From positions 1,078-65,077 of the forward strand of contig CALREA010000002.1 of the NCBI GenBank assembly GCA_943355055.1: a DNA stretch of 64,000 nt, in the 5' to 3' direction. Shown piece after piece: positions 8,655 through 16,724 of the stretch. The translations under genes and the position numbers were made by a program. How positions within the stretch are numbered: the first letter of the stretch is position 1; every line of letters starts with the position of its first letter. Origin of the DNA: Candidatus Peribacteria bacterium. GTDB lineage: Bacteria; Patescibacteriota; Gracilibacteria; UBA1369; UBA12463. The notes beneath the pieces are model-generated. The model was not told the DNA's origin. It saw only the letters and a program-made list of their open reading frames with translations, and did no database searches.

Positions 8655-9437
8655 ATGATGGTATATAGACCACATCGTACTGTTTCAGCCCACAGGGTTC
8701 ACCGGAAACGTTTCACGGACTACTTTCTCCCGCCTTTTTTGTTTATCGCGCTTGTGATTATTGTCATTCTCTCGGTACAGCTCTATCAGGCTATGTTTGT
8801 CGAGCACAAACCACTTGATGTTTTTCTCTATACGCTCCAGGGGAGGACGAAGCTTGTTGCCGCAGGAAGCCAGAATACTGACGATGCTTTAAACGAAATG
8901 CGCGTATTCAAAGGCGATGAAATTACTACGGATATTTCCGGTCGAGCAGGGTTGAATTTTTTCAAAAGAGAGACTGTGCGATTTGATGAAAATACCACGA
9001 TACTTCTCCAAGATGTGCTGCAGGATAAAAATCAGGATTCGTTTGATATTACTATGAAGAAGGGGCGTGCTTGGATTTTCGCCGAGGAGGTTCCGGGAAT
9101 TGCTTTTGATATGTCGCTTCATACTTCGCATCTTTCGCTCGAATCCCAGAATGGTATTTTTGAGGTGGAAGACTTCTCCTCTCGTAAGGGTGGTGAAATA
9201 GTGAGGGTCATGAAGGGCTCGGTAAAAGCTTCGATTATGATTACGAGTGATAGCGGCCCAAAAGAGGTTGAGACGGTTATTATTGAGGCCGGCCAGCAGT
9301 TTACGATGGACAATGTCGCATTAGCCGCCTATGAGAAATTCCAAAGTCCGGAGGTGATTGCTCCCATCGATCCAAAGTTTGTGGAAGATGAGTGGTATCT
9401 GTGGAATACCGGATTGGATGATGGAGATGGAAAATAA
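8655..9437 (+). CDS. Membrane-anchored FecR-domain protein
   Basis: N-terminal TM helix, then a GDEITT..G.A.L.F....VR.DENT..G.F.V..VRV..GSV pattern typical of FecR. Confidence 0.65.
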   Translation: MMVYRPHRTVSAHRVHRKRFTDYFLPPFLFIALVIIVILSVQLYQAMFVEHKPLDVFLYTLQGRTKLVAAGSQNTDDALNEMRVFKGDEITTDISGRAGLNFFKRETVRFDENTTILLQDVLQDKNQDSFDITMKKGRAWIFAEEVPGIAFDMSLHTSHLSLESQNGIFEVEDFSSRKGGEIVRVMKGSVKASIMITSDSGPKEVETVIIEAGQQFTMDNVALAAYEKFQSPEVIAPIDPKFVEDEWYLWNTGLDDGDGK

Positions 9438-9441
9438 TGGA

Positions 9442-10482
9442 TTATTTCAGATATATTCCTCGATTTCTATTCTGCCCGTCATTCGAGTCGGCGTATATGG
9501 CTTTCCCGTCTTTTGGATTGGTAATGTAGAACCAGTGAGAGGTTTTTTTTGGGTTGAGGGCGGCGAGAATGGCTTTGATTCCCGGATTACTGATCGGGCC
9601 GGGCGGGAGGCCTTTGCGGGTGTAGGTGTTGTAGGCGGAGTCCTGCTTCAGATCGTCTTTCGTAAGAGTTTTTTTATTCAATTCATAGAGAATGGTAGCG
9701 TCGATGTTTAGAAACCAGCCACTATTCATTCGTTTCCATATGATCCCGGCGACAATAGGGAAGTCATCGTCGTGGCGCGCTTCCTTCTCGAGCATAGAGG
9801 CGACGGTAATGATTTCGAAGAGTTGCGCCGTATTTGCAGGAAGTTTTTTCTCGAAGTTTTTTAACATCTGATCAATCAGATCGGATGATGAGAAATTTCC
9901 GGTATCAATGCTGTAGGTATCAGGGAAGAGAAATCCTTCCAATGGAATATTTGTCGCGGACATCTGCTGTTTTTGGAGGAGGGGATAGGCATTATAATGA
10001 TCAAATTTTTTCACCGTATCTATAAACTCACCCGGCTCAATGAGTTGCCGATCTGCGAGTCTTTCGTCTATTTGCTTGACGGAAAAGCCTTCGGGAATGG
10101 CGATGGTATTTTTGAGTCCTTTACTGCTCGTTATGGTCGTAGCGATGGTTTTGATGGACATGGATGGTGACGATTCAAACTCTCCCGCGATGATTTTTCC
10201 GTCTAAATTTTCAGATTCTATATATTTGGTAAAGTACGAACTGTTTTCGATCAGGCCCTTTGCCTCCAGCGTTTTGCCGACGTCTTTTGCTGAATCTCCT
10301 TTGTGGATGACGAATGAAACTTTTTTGTTCTTACTCGGGTCGTAACCGTTTTTTACGGCATGATTATACTGTATAGATGAATACAGCATGTAGGCTACTA
10401 TCAAGCAACCTATTCCAATCATGGTCGTTGAAGTGGAAATTTTGCTTGTTTTTTTGCGTCGAGAGAGGGGAATGTAGCTCAT
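9442..10482 (-). CDS. mltG: Endolytic transglycosylase MltG
   Basis: IPEG, LEGFLFPDTY, ASMLEKE, YNTY..GLPPGPISNPG motifs. Confidence 0.95.
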   Translation of the reverse strand: MSYIPLSRRKKTSKISTSTTMIGIGCLIVAYMLYSSIQYNHAVKNGYDPSKNKKVSFVIHKGDSAKDVGKTLEAKGLIENSSYFTKYIESENLDGKIIAGEFESSPSMSIKTIATTITSSKGLKNTIAIPEGFSVKQIDERLADRQLIEPGEFIDTVKKFDHYNAYPLLQKQQMSATNIPLEGFLFPDTYSIDTGNFSSSDLIDQMLKNFEKKLPANTAQLFEIITVASMLEKEARHDDDFPIVAGIIWKRMNSGWFLNIDATILYELNKKTLTKDDLKQDSAYNTYTRKGLPPGPISNPGIKAILAALNPKKTSHWFYITNPKDGKAIYADSNDGQNRNRGIYLK

Positions 10483-10499
10483 AGTTTTGGGAAAGGTTT

Positions 10500-10817
10500 T
10501 TATTCTGCTTTTTCCTCCGTTTCCGGTCCCTGACCCATTCCCATCATCGACATCACGCCCTTCATTTTCTCTGCGGCGATCTGTTGGCCTTTCTTCAGGC
10601 CCTTGTTAAAGGCCTTGAGAATGTTCTTCTGGAGGGCGTCTTTGCTTTGCATCGCCTCGTCCGAGATAGTGATATTAATGCACTCAAGTTCGGCATTTAC
10701 CGTTATGACTACGCCATCCTCTTCAGCTTCAATGTGAATATTGGCCAGTTCTTTTTTAATCGTTTTAGCTTCCTTTTGAAGCTTGTACATGTCTTTTGCC
10801 TGTTGGAATACGCCCAT
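10500..10817 (-). CDS. YbaB/EbfC nucleoid-associated protein
   Basis: 105 aa; Q.AK..K.Q..AK.I..EL...IE....G.V.VT..A..E pattern. Confidence 0.8.
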   Translation of the reverse strand: MGVFQQAKDMYKLQKEAKTIKKELANIHIEAEEDGVVITVNAELECINITISDEAMQSKDALQKNILKAFNKGLKKGQQIAAEKMKGVMSMMGMGQGPETEEKAE

Positions 10818-10900
10818 GGTAATGAGGTTAAAAAAATAGGGGAATTTTGCCTCCTGATTGTACGGAAGCTGACACGGAAGGTCAATTGTATACTTTCTAC

Positions 10901-10930
10901 TTGATTTTAAGCCTAGTTATTGGATAGAAT
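10901..10930 (+). promoter_or_regulatory. Promoter for rplY
   Basis: TTGATT-18 nt-TAGAAT. Confidence 0.45.
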
Positions 10931-10966
10931 GCGCGCGCTTGTTATTTTTTCTTTTCATTTATTATT

Positions 10967-11665
10967 ATGGATACACTTGCCCTTGAAGCTCAATCACGAG
11001 ATATGAAGGTTCGATCAGGTTCTCTCCGACGACTGAAGCGGATTCCCGCTGTTATTTACGGACCAGGCCAGGAGCCGGTGATGCTTTCTATGGATTATCA
11101 GACGTTCCGACGTGCTTATATTGCCGCCGGAGATACTTCTATTATTGATGTAGATCTAGACGGTGGAAAGAAGAAGTTCAAGGTTCTCGTACAGGACGTT
11201 CAGTTCCACCCTATCAATAGTACGATTGCTCATGTGGATTTCTTAAACCTTCGCATGGATCACAAAGTTTCTACTTCGATCCCGGTTGAGGTTACGGGTG
11301 TTTCCCTTGCGGTCAAGGATCTTGTTGGCGTTTTAACCCTTATTACTCCATCTATCCGTGTTCGATGTCTTCCCGGGGATCTTATCAAATCGGTTGTTAT
11401 TGATATTTCCGTTTTGAAAACCTTCCATGACGCTATCCATGTCAGCGACTTGAAGATGCCTTCTACGATTCAAATTCTCGATGATCTCGACCAGACGGTT
11501 GCTAACGTTCTTCCTCCACGTAAGGAGGCTGAGGTTGCGGCTGTTGCTGTTGCGGCTGTTGCTGCCGCGCCTACTGGCGCCCCTGCCGCTACGACCGGTG
11601 GTGCTGCAAAAGCTCCTGCAGCCAAAGGCGCTGCTCCTGCTGCTAAGGCTGGTGCGAAGAAGTAG
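10967..11665 (+). CDS. rplY: 50S ribosomal protein L25/Ctc
   Basis: LRR..RIPAVIYG, VQFHP..HVDF and IHVSDL motifs; Ala/Lys-rich tail. Confidence 0.95.
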   Translation: MDTLALEAQSRDMKVRSGSLRRLKRIPAVIYGPGQEPVMLSMDYQTFRRAYIAAGDTSIIDVDLDGGKKKFKVLVQDVQFHPINSTIAHVDFLNLRMDHKVSTSIPVEVTGVSLAVKDLVGVLTLITPSIRVRCLPGDLIKSVVIDISVLKTFHDAIHVSDLKMPSTIQILDDLDQTVANVLPPRKEAEVAAVAVAAVAAAPTGAPAATTGGAAKAPAAKGAAPAAKAGAKK

Positions 11666-11680
11666 TCCCCATATATTTTT

Positions 11681-11713
11681 AAAGCCACTTGCCGCAAGCA
11701 GGTGGTTTTTTTT
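11681..11713 (+). terminator. Intrinsic terminator after rplY
   Basis: gccacttgc-cgcaa-gcaggtggt stem followed by a T-run. Confidence 0.8.
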
Positions 11714-11768
11714 GTGTTCTAATGCAATTCTTCGGACGGCCAAGGCCTAGCAAGGTTTCTCTAGGGGA

Positions 11769-11797
11769 GCGTTTTATATTAGAAAAGGTACGAAAAA
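11769..11797 (+). repeat. Direct repeat copy 1 (pairs with 13069-13097)
   Basis: gcgttttatattagaaaaggtacgaaaaa; 26/29 identical to copy 2. Confidence 0.75.
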
Positions 11798-11889
11798 ATA
11801 TTTGACGGAGCAGTAGAAGTAAAAGTGGAGTTCTTGACATGTATGGTCTATTCCTCGAGTATGAATATATATTTTCTCACTATCATAGT

Positions 11890-12798
11890 ATGAAATTTCA
11901 GAAATTTTTGCAGCTTGGTGTCGTGTTCACTTTTGCTCTGTCTCTTGTGATTCCTAGTGTATCCGCAGCAACACCAGCCGATGCGCTTGTAAAAGTTTCA
12001 GCAATTGATGCATCTGGAAATGGGGAACCTGTGTCGGTTTTGAATGCTTTCGTGAATATGTATAACATCACGGTAGTAAACAATGAGTATACGGGTGTCC
12101 TCGTCGCTACAATGTCTACGGGCAATAGCAGCGCTACCTTTACTGTAAAATCTGGAGAAGTGGTTGATTTTATGGCATTTGGAACCAAGGATGCCGCCGA
12201 AAAACAGAAGGTTTTTGTGAGTAACGGTGTGCCTCCGTTGAAGAACTTTTCTGCGGATGATGGAATCGCCGGCGTTTGCCATACGAACGGTGTCGATTTT
12301 GGCAAAAAACTCGAGAGTGTGTCCGCCGCCTGTTTTGCAGCCATTCAGGTCAATATTACCGGTCCACTTCCTGTAGCTACTCCTTCCGTTAAGGGTAAAA
12401 ATGTGATGTACAAGGTTCAGGTAATTGAGAAAATGAACGAACAATCTAATGATCAAATCGTACTTCCATATCAGTACGTCAATATGTATGCGATCACGGT
12501 TGCAAATAATGAATATATTGGAACATTCCTTAAGACGATGAAAACCGGAAAGAAAACCGGAGCTTCATTCAACGTAAAACCTGGTCAGGTTGTTGATTTT
12601 AGAGGTTACAGTACGAAGGCTCTTGCGAAGGGCGCGAAGGATTTTGTGAGCAATGGCGTACCTCCTATGAAGAACTTTTCTCCACTCTATGCTCCCGGAC
12701 TTTGTCATACAAATGGAGTTGATTCCAGCGTGAAGCTTGATCCTACTTCGAATACAACTATGTGCGGGAAGAAGGGGATTGTAGAACTTACGCAATAG
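11890..12798 (+). CDS. Secreted protein with a tandemly duplicated ~130-aa domain
   Basis: Signal peptide MKFQKFLQLGVVFTFALSLVIPSVSA; VNMY.ITV.NNEY.G, VK.G.VVDF, FVSNGVPP.KNFS and CHTNGVD each occur twice. Confidence 0.85.
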   Translation: MKFQKFLQLGVVFTFALSLVIPSVSAATPADALVKVSAIDASGNGEPVSVLNAFVNMYNITVVNNEYTGVLVATMSTGNSSATFTVKSGEVVDFMAFGTKDAAEKQKVFVSNGVPPLKNFSADDGIAGVCHTNGVDFGKKLESVSAACFAAIQVNITGPLPVATPSVKGKNVMYKVQVIEKMNEQSNDQIVLPYQYVNMYAITVANNEYIGTFLKTMKTGKKTGASFNVKPGQVVDFRGYSTKALAKGAKDFVSNGVPPMKNFSPLYAPGLCHTNGVDSSVKLDPTSNTTMCGKKGIVELTQ

Positions 12799-12808
12799 AA
12801 CTTCTTTC

Positions 12809-13048
12809 ATGAACTATTGGATTTTAAAAAGTGAACCGGAAGCGTATGCATGGGATACCCTGATGTGCGAGAAGAAGACGCCATGGAATGGGGTGAGAAA
12901 TTATCAGGCTCGGAATAATCTCGCTGCGATGAGAATGGGGGATTTGGCTCTTTTTTATCATTCTGGCGCTGAGCGTCGAGTGGTAGGCGTGAGTCATACC
13001 CAAAAGGAGTTTGAAATCATTTTGAAGTTGGGACGAACAGAGGTGTAG
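12809..13048 (+). pseudogene. EVE-domain protein, internally deleted (79 aa)
   Basis: EVE N-terminus YWILKSEP..W.GVRNYQARN..M..GD..LFYHS joined directly to a C-terminal-like helix KEFEIILKLG; the middle of the domain is absent. Confidence 0.7.
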
Positions 13049-13068
13049 AAAGCAGTATGGTCGACCAT

Positions 13069-13097
13069 GCATTTTATATGAGAAAAGGTATGAAAAA
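13069..13097 (+). repeat. Direct repeat copy 2
   Basis: gcattttatatgagaaaaggtatgaaaaa, 1300 bp from copy 1. Confidence 0.75.
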
Positions 13098-13220
13098 CGT
13101 ACCTAAACTAATATAGAATGTATAAACGGGGAAATTATTCTTTGATACAATAGGAGTAGAATATGTCTATGACAGCTTGTTTTGACAGTATCCGGTAGTC
13201 TGGGCAGAAAAGTGTATATA

Positions 13221-13258
13221 AAAAGAAGGGCCTCTTACTTGAGCACCCTTCATTTTTT
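13221..13258 (-). terminator. Probable bidirectional terminator after hppA
   Basis: gaaggg...cccttc stem flanked by A- and T-runs. Confidence 0.6.
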
Positions 13259-13285
13259 GGAATCGAAAACGGGATCCGAGCTCTG

Positions 13286-15361
13286 TTACTTCAACCAATA
13301 GCTTGTTGCGATGATCGGAGCGATGATGACGGCGATCGTGTTGATAACTTTGATCAGCGCGTTTAGCGCTGGTCCTGCTGTGTCCTTGAAGGGGTCGCCA
13401 ACGGTGTCGCCAACGACGGCGGCTTTGTGAGCGTCTGAACCTTTGCCTCCGAAGTTTCCATCTTCAACGTATTTTTTCGCATTGTCCCATGCTGCTCCAC
13501 CGGTGGACATGAAGAGTGCCATCAGGAATCCGCTCAAGATCACACCTGCGAGCAGGCCTCCAAGAGCCTGAGGACCGAGGATGAATCCAACGACGACAGG
13601 TGAGAGGACGGCCATTACAGCTGGAAGAACCATTTCTTTGAGCGCTGCCTTCGTGACGATATCAACGCAACGGCCATAGAGTGGTTTTCCTGTTCCCTCC
13701 ATGATTCCTGGGATTTCTCGGAACTGCTTACGGACTTCTTCGACGACGGCGTGGGCGGCCTTGCCAACGGACTTCATGCACATAGCGGAGAAGGCGAATG
13801 GGAGGAGTCCACCAATCATGAGTCCGATGAGGACGATGTGGTTGCTGATATCAAATGTGATGGCCTGACTGCCAGAATGTTTGGTGAGCTCGGATGTGAA
13901 GGCTTGGAAGAGCACGAGCGCAGCGAGTGCGGCGGATCCAACAGCGTAACCTTTTGTTACAGCCTTTGTTGTATTTCCTACGGCATCGAGTGCATCTGTG
14001 ATCTTGCGTACGTCTGCGGGCATCTTCGTCATTTCGGCTATCCCACCAGCATTGTCTGTGATAGGTCCGTATGAATCGGTAGCGATGACCATTCCTGTCG
14101 TGGAAAGCATGGCTACTGCAGCGACGGCGATACCATAAATACCACTTTCAACAGCCGATGATGTTGAACCGAAATAGTATGCGAGATAAATTCCCAGAAT
14201 GATAACGAGTGTTGGCATAATCGTCGACTGAAGGCCGACAGCGAGACCGGCGATGAGGTTGGTACCTGCGCCTGTTGCTGAAGCCTTTGCGATTCCTTTG
14301 ACTGGTCCGTATTCCTTTGCGGTGTAGTATTCCGTTATCACATTGATAGCCAATGTAATTCCAATACCTACGAGGGCTGCGTAGAAGATTTTGATATCGC
14401 CGATCATGATGTCTGTAGCGAAATAGAACCCGATAGCGGAAATAATTCCGGTCACAATCATACCCTTATACAGCGCTCCCATGATGTTCTGCGAACGACC
14501 GAGTCGTACGAACCATGTTCCTACGATGGATGCGATAACGGCAATACCTCCGAGTACGAGGGGATAAATAATTCCTTTTTCTCCGATGGATCCTGTCAGG
14601 GTGGATGCTGCGAGAATCATGGCGGCGATCAGTGTTACCGCATATGTTTCGAAGAGGTCAGCCCCCATACCGGCGCAATCTCCAACGTTATCTCCTACGT
14701 TATCGGCGATGACGGCTGGATTTCTTGGATCGTCCTCCGGAATGTTCTTTTCAACTTTTCCTACGAGGTCAGCCCCTACGTCTGCTGCTTTCGTGAAGAT
14801 ACCTCCACCAACACGAGCGAAGAGAGAAATAAGTGATGCACCAAAACCGAATCCAACGAGGATGTTTGTGGTCTCACTAACCGGGATATTCAGAACAGAT
14901 GTGTAGAAATAATAAAATCCGCTCACACCCAATAGGGCGAGACCTACGACGGAGAGACCGGTAACGGCACCACCATTGAAGGCGACGCTCAGGGCTTCTT
15001 TGATTCCTTTTCTTGCAGCTTCGGCAGTTCGGACGTTTGCCCGTACCGAGACGCTCATACCAATATACCCCGCTAAAGCTGAAAAGAGGGCTCCAACGAT
15101 GAAGCTCACAGCGGTCCAGAGGTTGTTATTATAACTTCCCTTTGGGATAATGAGGTAGAGAACAACGAAAATAAGAATGCCAAAGAAGCCCATTGTCAGG
15201 CTCTGTCGGTTCAAATATGCTGTCGCGCCTTCCTGGATGGCCTTGGCGATGGCCTGCATTTCTTTGTTCCCGGATGGCTGTTTTACCACCCACATAATGA
15301 GAAAAATGGCATATACAAGCGCTAAAATGCTTATGCCGAGTGCGGCGAGTACCTCATTCAT
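13286..15361 (-). CDS. hppA: Membrane proton-pumping pyrophosphatase, K+-independent type
   Basis: [35 protein letters not shown] and [11 protein letters not shown] motifs; Lys in GNTTKAVT marks the K+-independent class. Confidence 0.96.
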   Translation of the reverse strand: MNEVLAALGISILALVYAIFLIMWVVKQPSGNKEMQAIAKAIQEGATAYLNRQSLTMGFFGILIFVVLYLIIPKGSYNNNLWTAVSFIVGALFSALAGYIGMSVSVRANVRTAEAARKGIKEALSVAFNGGAVTGLSVVGLALLGVSGFYYFYTSVLNIPVSETTNILVGFGFGASLISLFARVGGGIFTKAADVGADLVGKVEKNIPEDDPRNPAVIADNVGDNVGDCAGMGADLFETYAVTLIAAMILAASTLTGSIGEKGIIYPLVLGGIAVIASIVGTWFVRLGRSQNIMGALYKGMIVTGIISAIGFYFATDIMIGDIKIFYAALVGIGITLAINVITEYYTAKEYGPVKGIAKASATGAGTNLIAGLAVGLQSTIMPTLVIILGIYLAYYFGSTSSAVESGIYGIAVAAVAMLSTTGMVIATDSYGPITDNAGGIAEMTKMPADVRKITDALDAVGNTTKAVTKGYAVGSAALAALVLFQAFTSELTKHSGSQAITFDISNHIVLIGLMIGGLLPFAFSAMCMKSVGKAAHAVVEEVRKQFREIPGIMEGTGKPLYGRCVDIVTKAALKEMVLPAVMAVLSPVVVGFILGPQALGGLLAGVILSGFLMALFMSTGGAAWDNAKKYVEDGNFGGKGSDAHKAAVVGDTVGDPFKDTAGPALNALIKVINTIAVIIAPIIATSYWLK

Positions 15362-15447
15362 AGAAGAAAAGGGTTAAAAATAAGGGGTTACTAGTTTTTG
15401 CTGGCCTATTGTAAGGCAAAAACGCCTATAATGACTAAAAAAGAGAG

Positions 15448-15476
15448 TGGCATTTTTGCGCATATTATGGTATAAT
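15448..15476 (+). promoter_or_regulatory. Sigma70 promoter with extended -10
   Basis: TGGCAT-17 nt-TATAAT, with TGG immediately before the -10. Confidence 0.55.
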
Positions 15477-15509
15477 TCCCTGATATCACCGATTCTTTTA
15501 TGGCTACTT

Positions 15510-16655
15510 ATGGATTCATCTGAGCAAAAAAAACATCATAGTTCTGAAGATAAAGCTAATTCACCCTCAAAGGATTTGCCTACGAGCGTGCCCGCCAGGG
15601 CGGAAAAAATTAGTGCTTCTGCGTCAAAGCATGAGGAAGATACAGAAGAAGAGTTAGATGAGTTCTCAGATGATACGTCGTTTCTGGAAAAATTACATGG
15701 ACTGCGAATAGGTCGTTCTCTATTTAGTTGTCTCCTCGCTATTATCCTCATCGGTGGCATTGTGTTTGCTCTCTTTTTTGGAGGTTGGAATCGTATTCGA
15801 CCGTATATTCCGTTTCTTTCTTCGTCAACCGTAGCGCCCACTTTTTCCCCTGAGAAAATTCATCTCAACGTCTACGATACTAGAACCGCTTTTCATTTTG
15901 GTTTTTATAAGAATAATCCCGGCAAGTTTGATCCGCCTTCACTCGAAATTGCTTTTATTTTTGGAGGGATTAAGCGATCACTTTTTTTCACCATTCCGCC
16001 TACTCAATCCGGTATTGCCGCTTCATATATTTTTGGATTTCGCGGTCAGTCGTTACAGCGACTAGAGGTGTATGTCCAAAATATTTTCCAAATTCAGAAT
16101 ATATTGAATACCGATATTGCCGCACTTCTTGATGCTCAAAAAGATCGTAAACCCGTGCTGGATGCTTTGATTGAGTCATTTGATAATCTGATAAAAGTTT
16201 CACAGGAAAACGCTGCGTTTGTCACCAAAGAGGTCATTACCATGCGAGAATTGGACAACTCTCTCCGTAGTCAACTGGCAGCAAAAGAGAAGCAATTTAC
16301 CTCAAGCTTGTCTCAGTTTCTGCCGCAGGATAGTTCGAAACAACTTGATGAGTATACCAAGCTTGCCAAGGAGGAGTCCGAGATGAAGGCTCAGTTGGGA
16401 GCAATGGCGAAAATTGATAAATATTATCAAGTAGGAATGGTGAAGTTATTGGCTCGAATCCGAGATATCAAGGCGAATCAAGATGCACTTATCAAGGGTG
16501 TGAAAGTTTTTGACATCAAAAATTCCGATCTCAAAATTATCGAGTACGAAGGTAAATCACCAGTGGATCCTGCTATTAACGCCATTGATCGTTCGAAATC
16601 GTCTTCTGCCGGTAGCGGGGGATCGCTCACTCCGCTGAATATGTTCCCTCAATAA
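15510..16655 (+). CDS. Hypothetical bitopic membrane protein with coiled-coil C-terminus
   Basis: Acidic disordered N-terminus, one TM helix, helical C-terminal half. Confidence 0.75.
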   Translation: MDSSEQKKHHSSEDKANSPSKDLPTSVPARAEKISASASKHEEDTEEELDEFSDDTSFLEKLHGLRIGRSLFSCLLAIILIGGIVFALFFGGWNRIRPYIPFLSSSTVAPTFSPEKIHLNVYDTRTAFHFGFYKNNPGKFDPPSLEIAFIFGGIKRSLFFTIPPTQSGIAASYIFGFRGQSLQRLEVYVQNIFQIQNILNTDIAALLDAQKDRKPVLDALIESFDNLIKVSQENAAFVTKEVITMRELDNSLRSQLAAKEKQFTSSLSQFLPQDSSKQLDEYTKLAKEESEMKAQLGAMAKIDKYYQVGMVKLLARIRDIKANQDALIKGVKVFDIKNSDLKIIEYEGKSPVDPAINAIDRSKSSSAGSGGSLTPLNMFPQ

Positions 16656-16724
16656 TAAAGCTGTAATACGCTTGTAGATTGTTTTTATCTTGTGCTTTTT
16701 TGGCTTGAGGCTCATCATGGAGCT

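Noticed and set aside
11528-11660. GCT/GTT/CCT-rich repetitive stretch
   Set aside because: It encodes the ordinary Ala/Pro/Lys low-complexity tail of L25.
11769-13097. Integron cassette with attC sites
   Set aside because: No RYYYAAC...GTTRRRY imperfect palindromes flank the genes, and there is no integron integrase.
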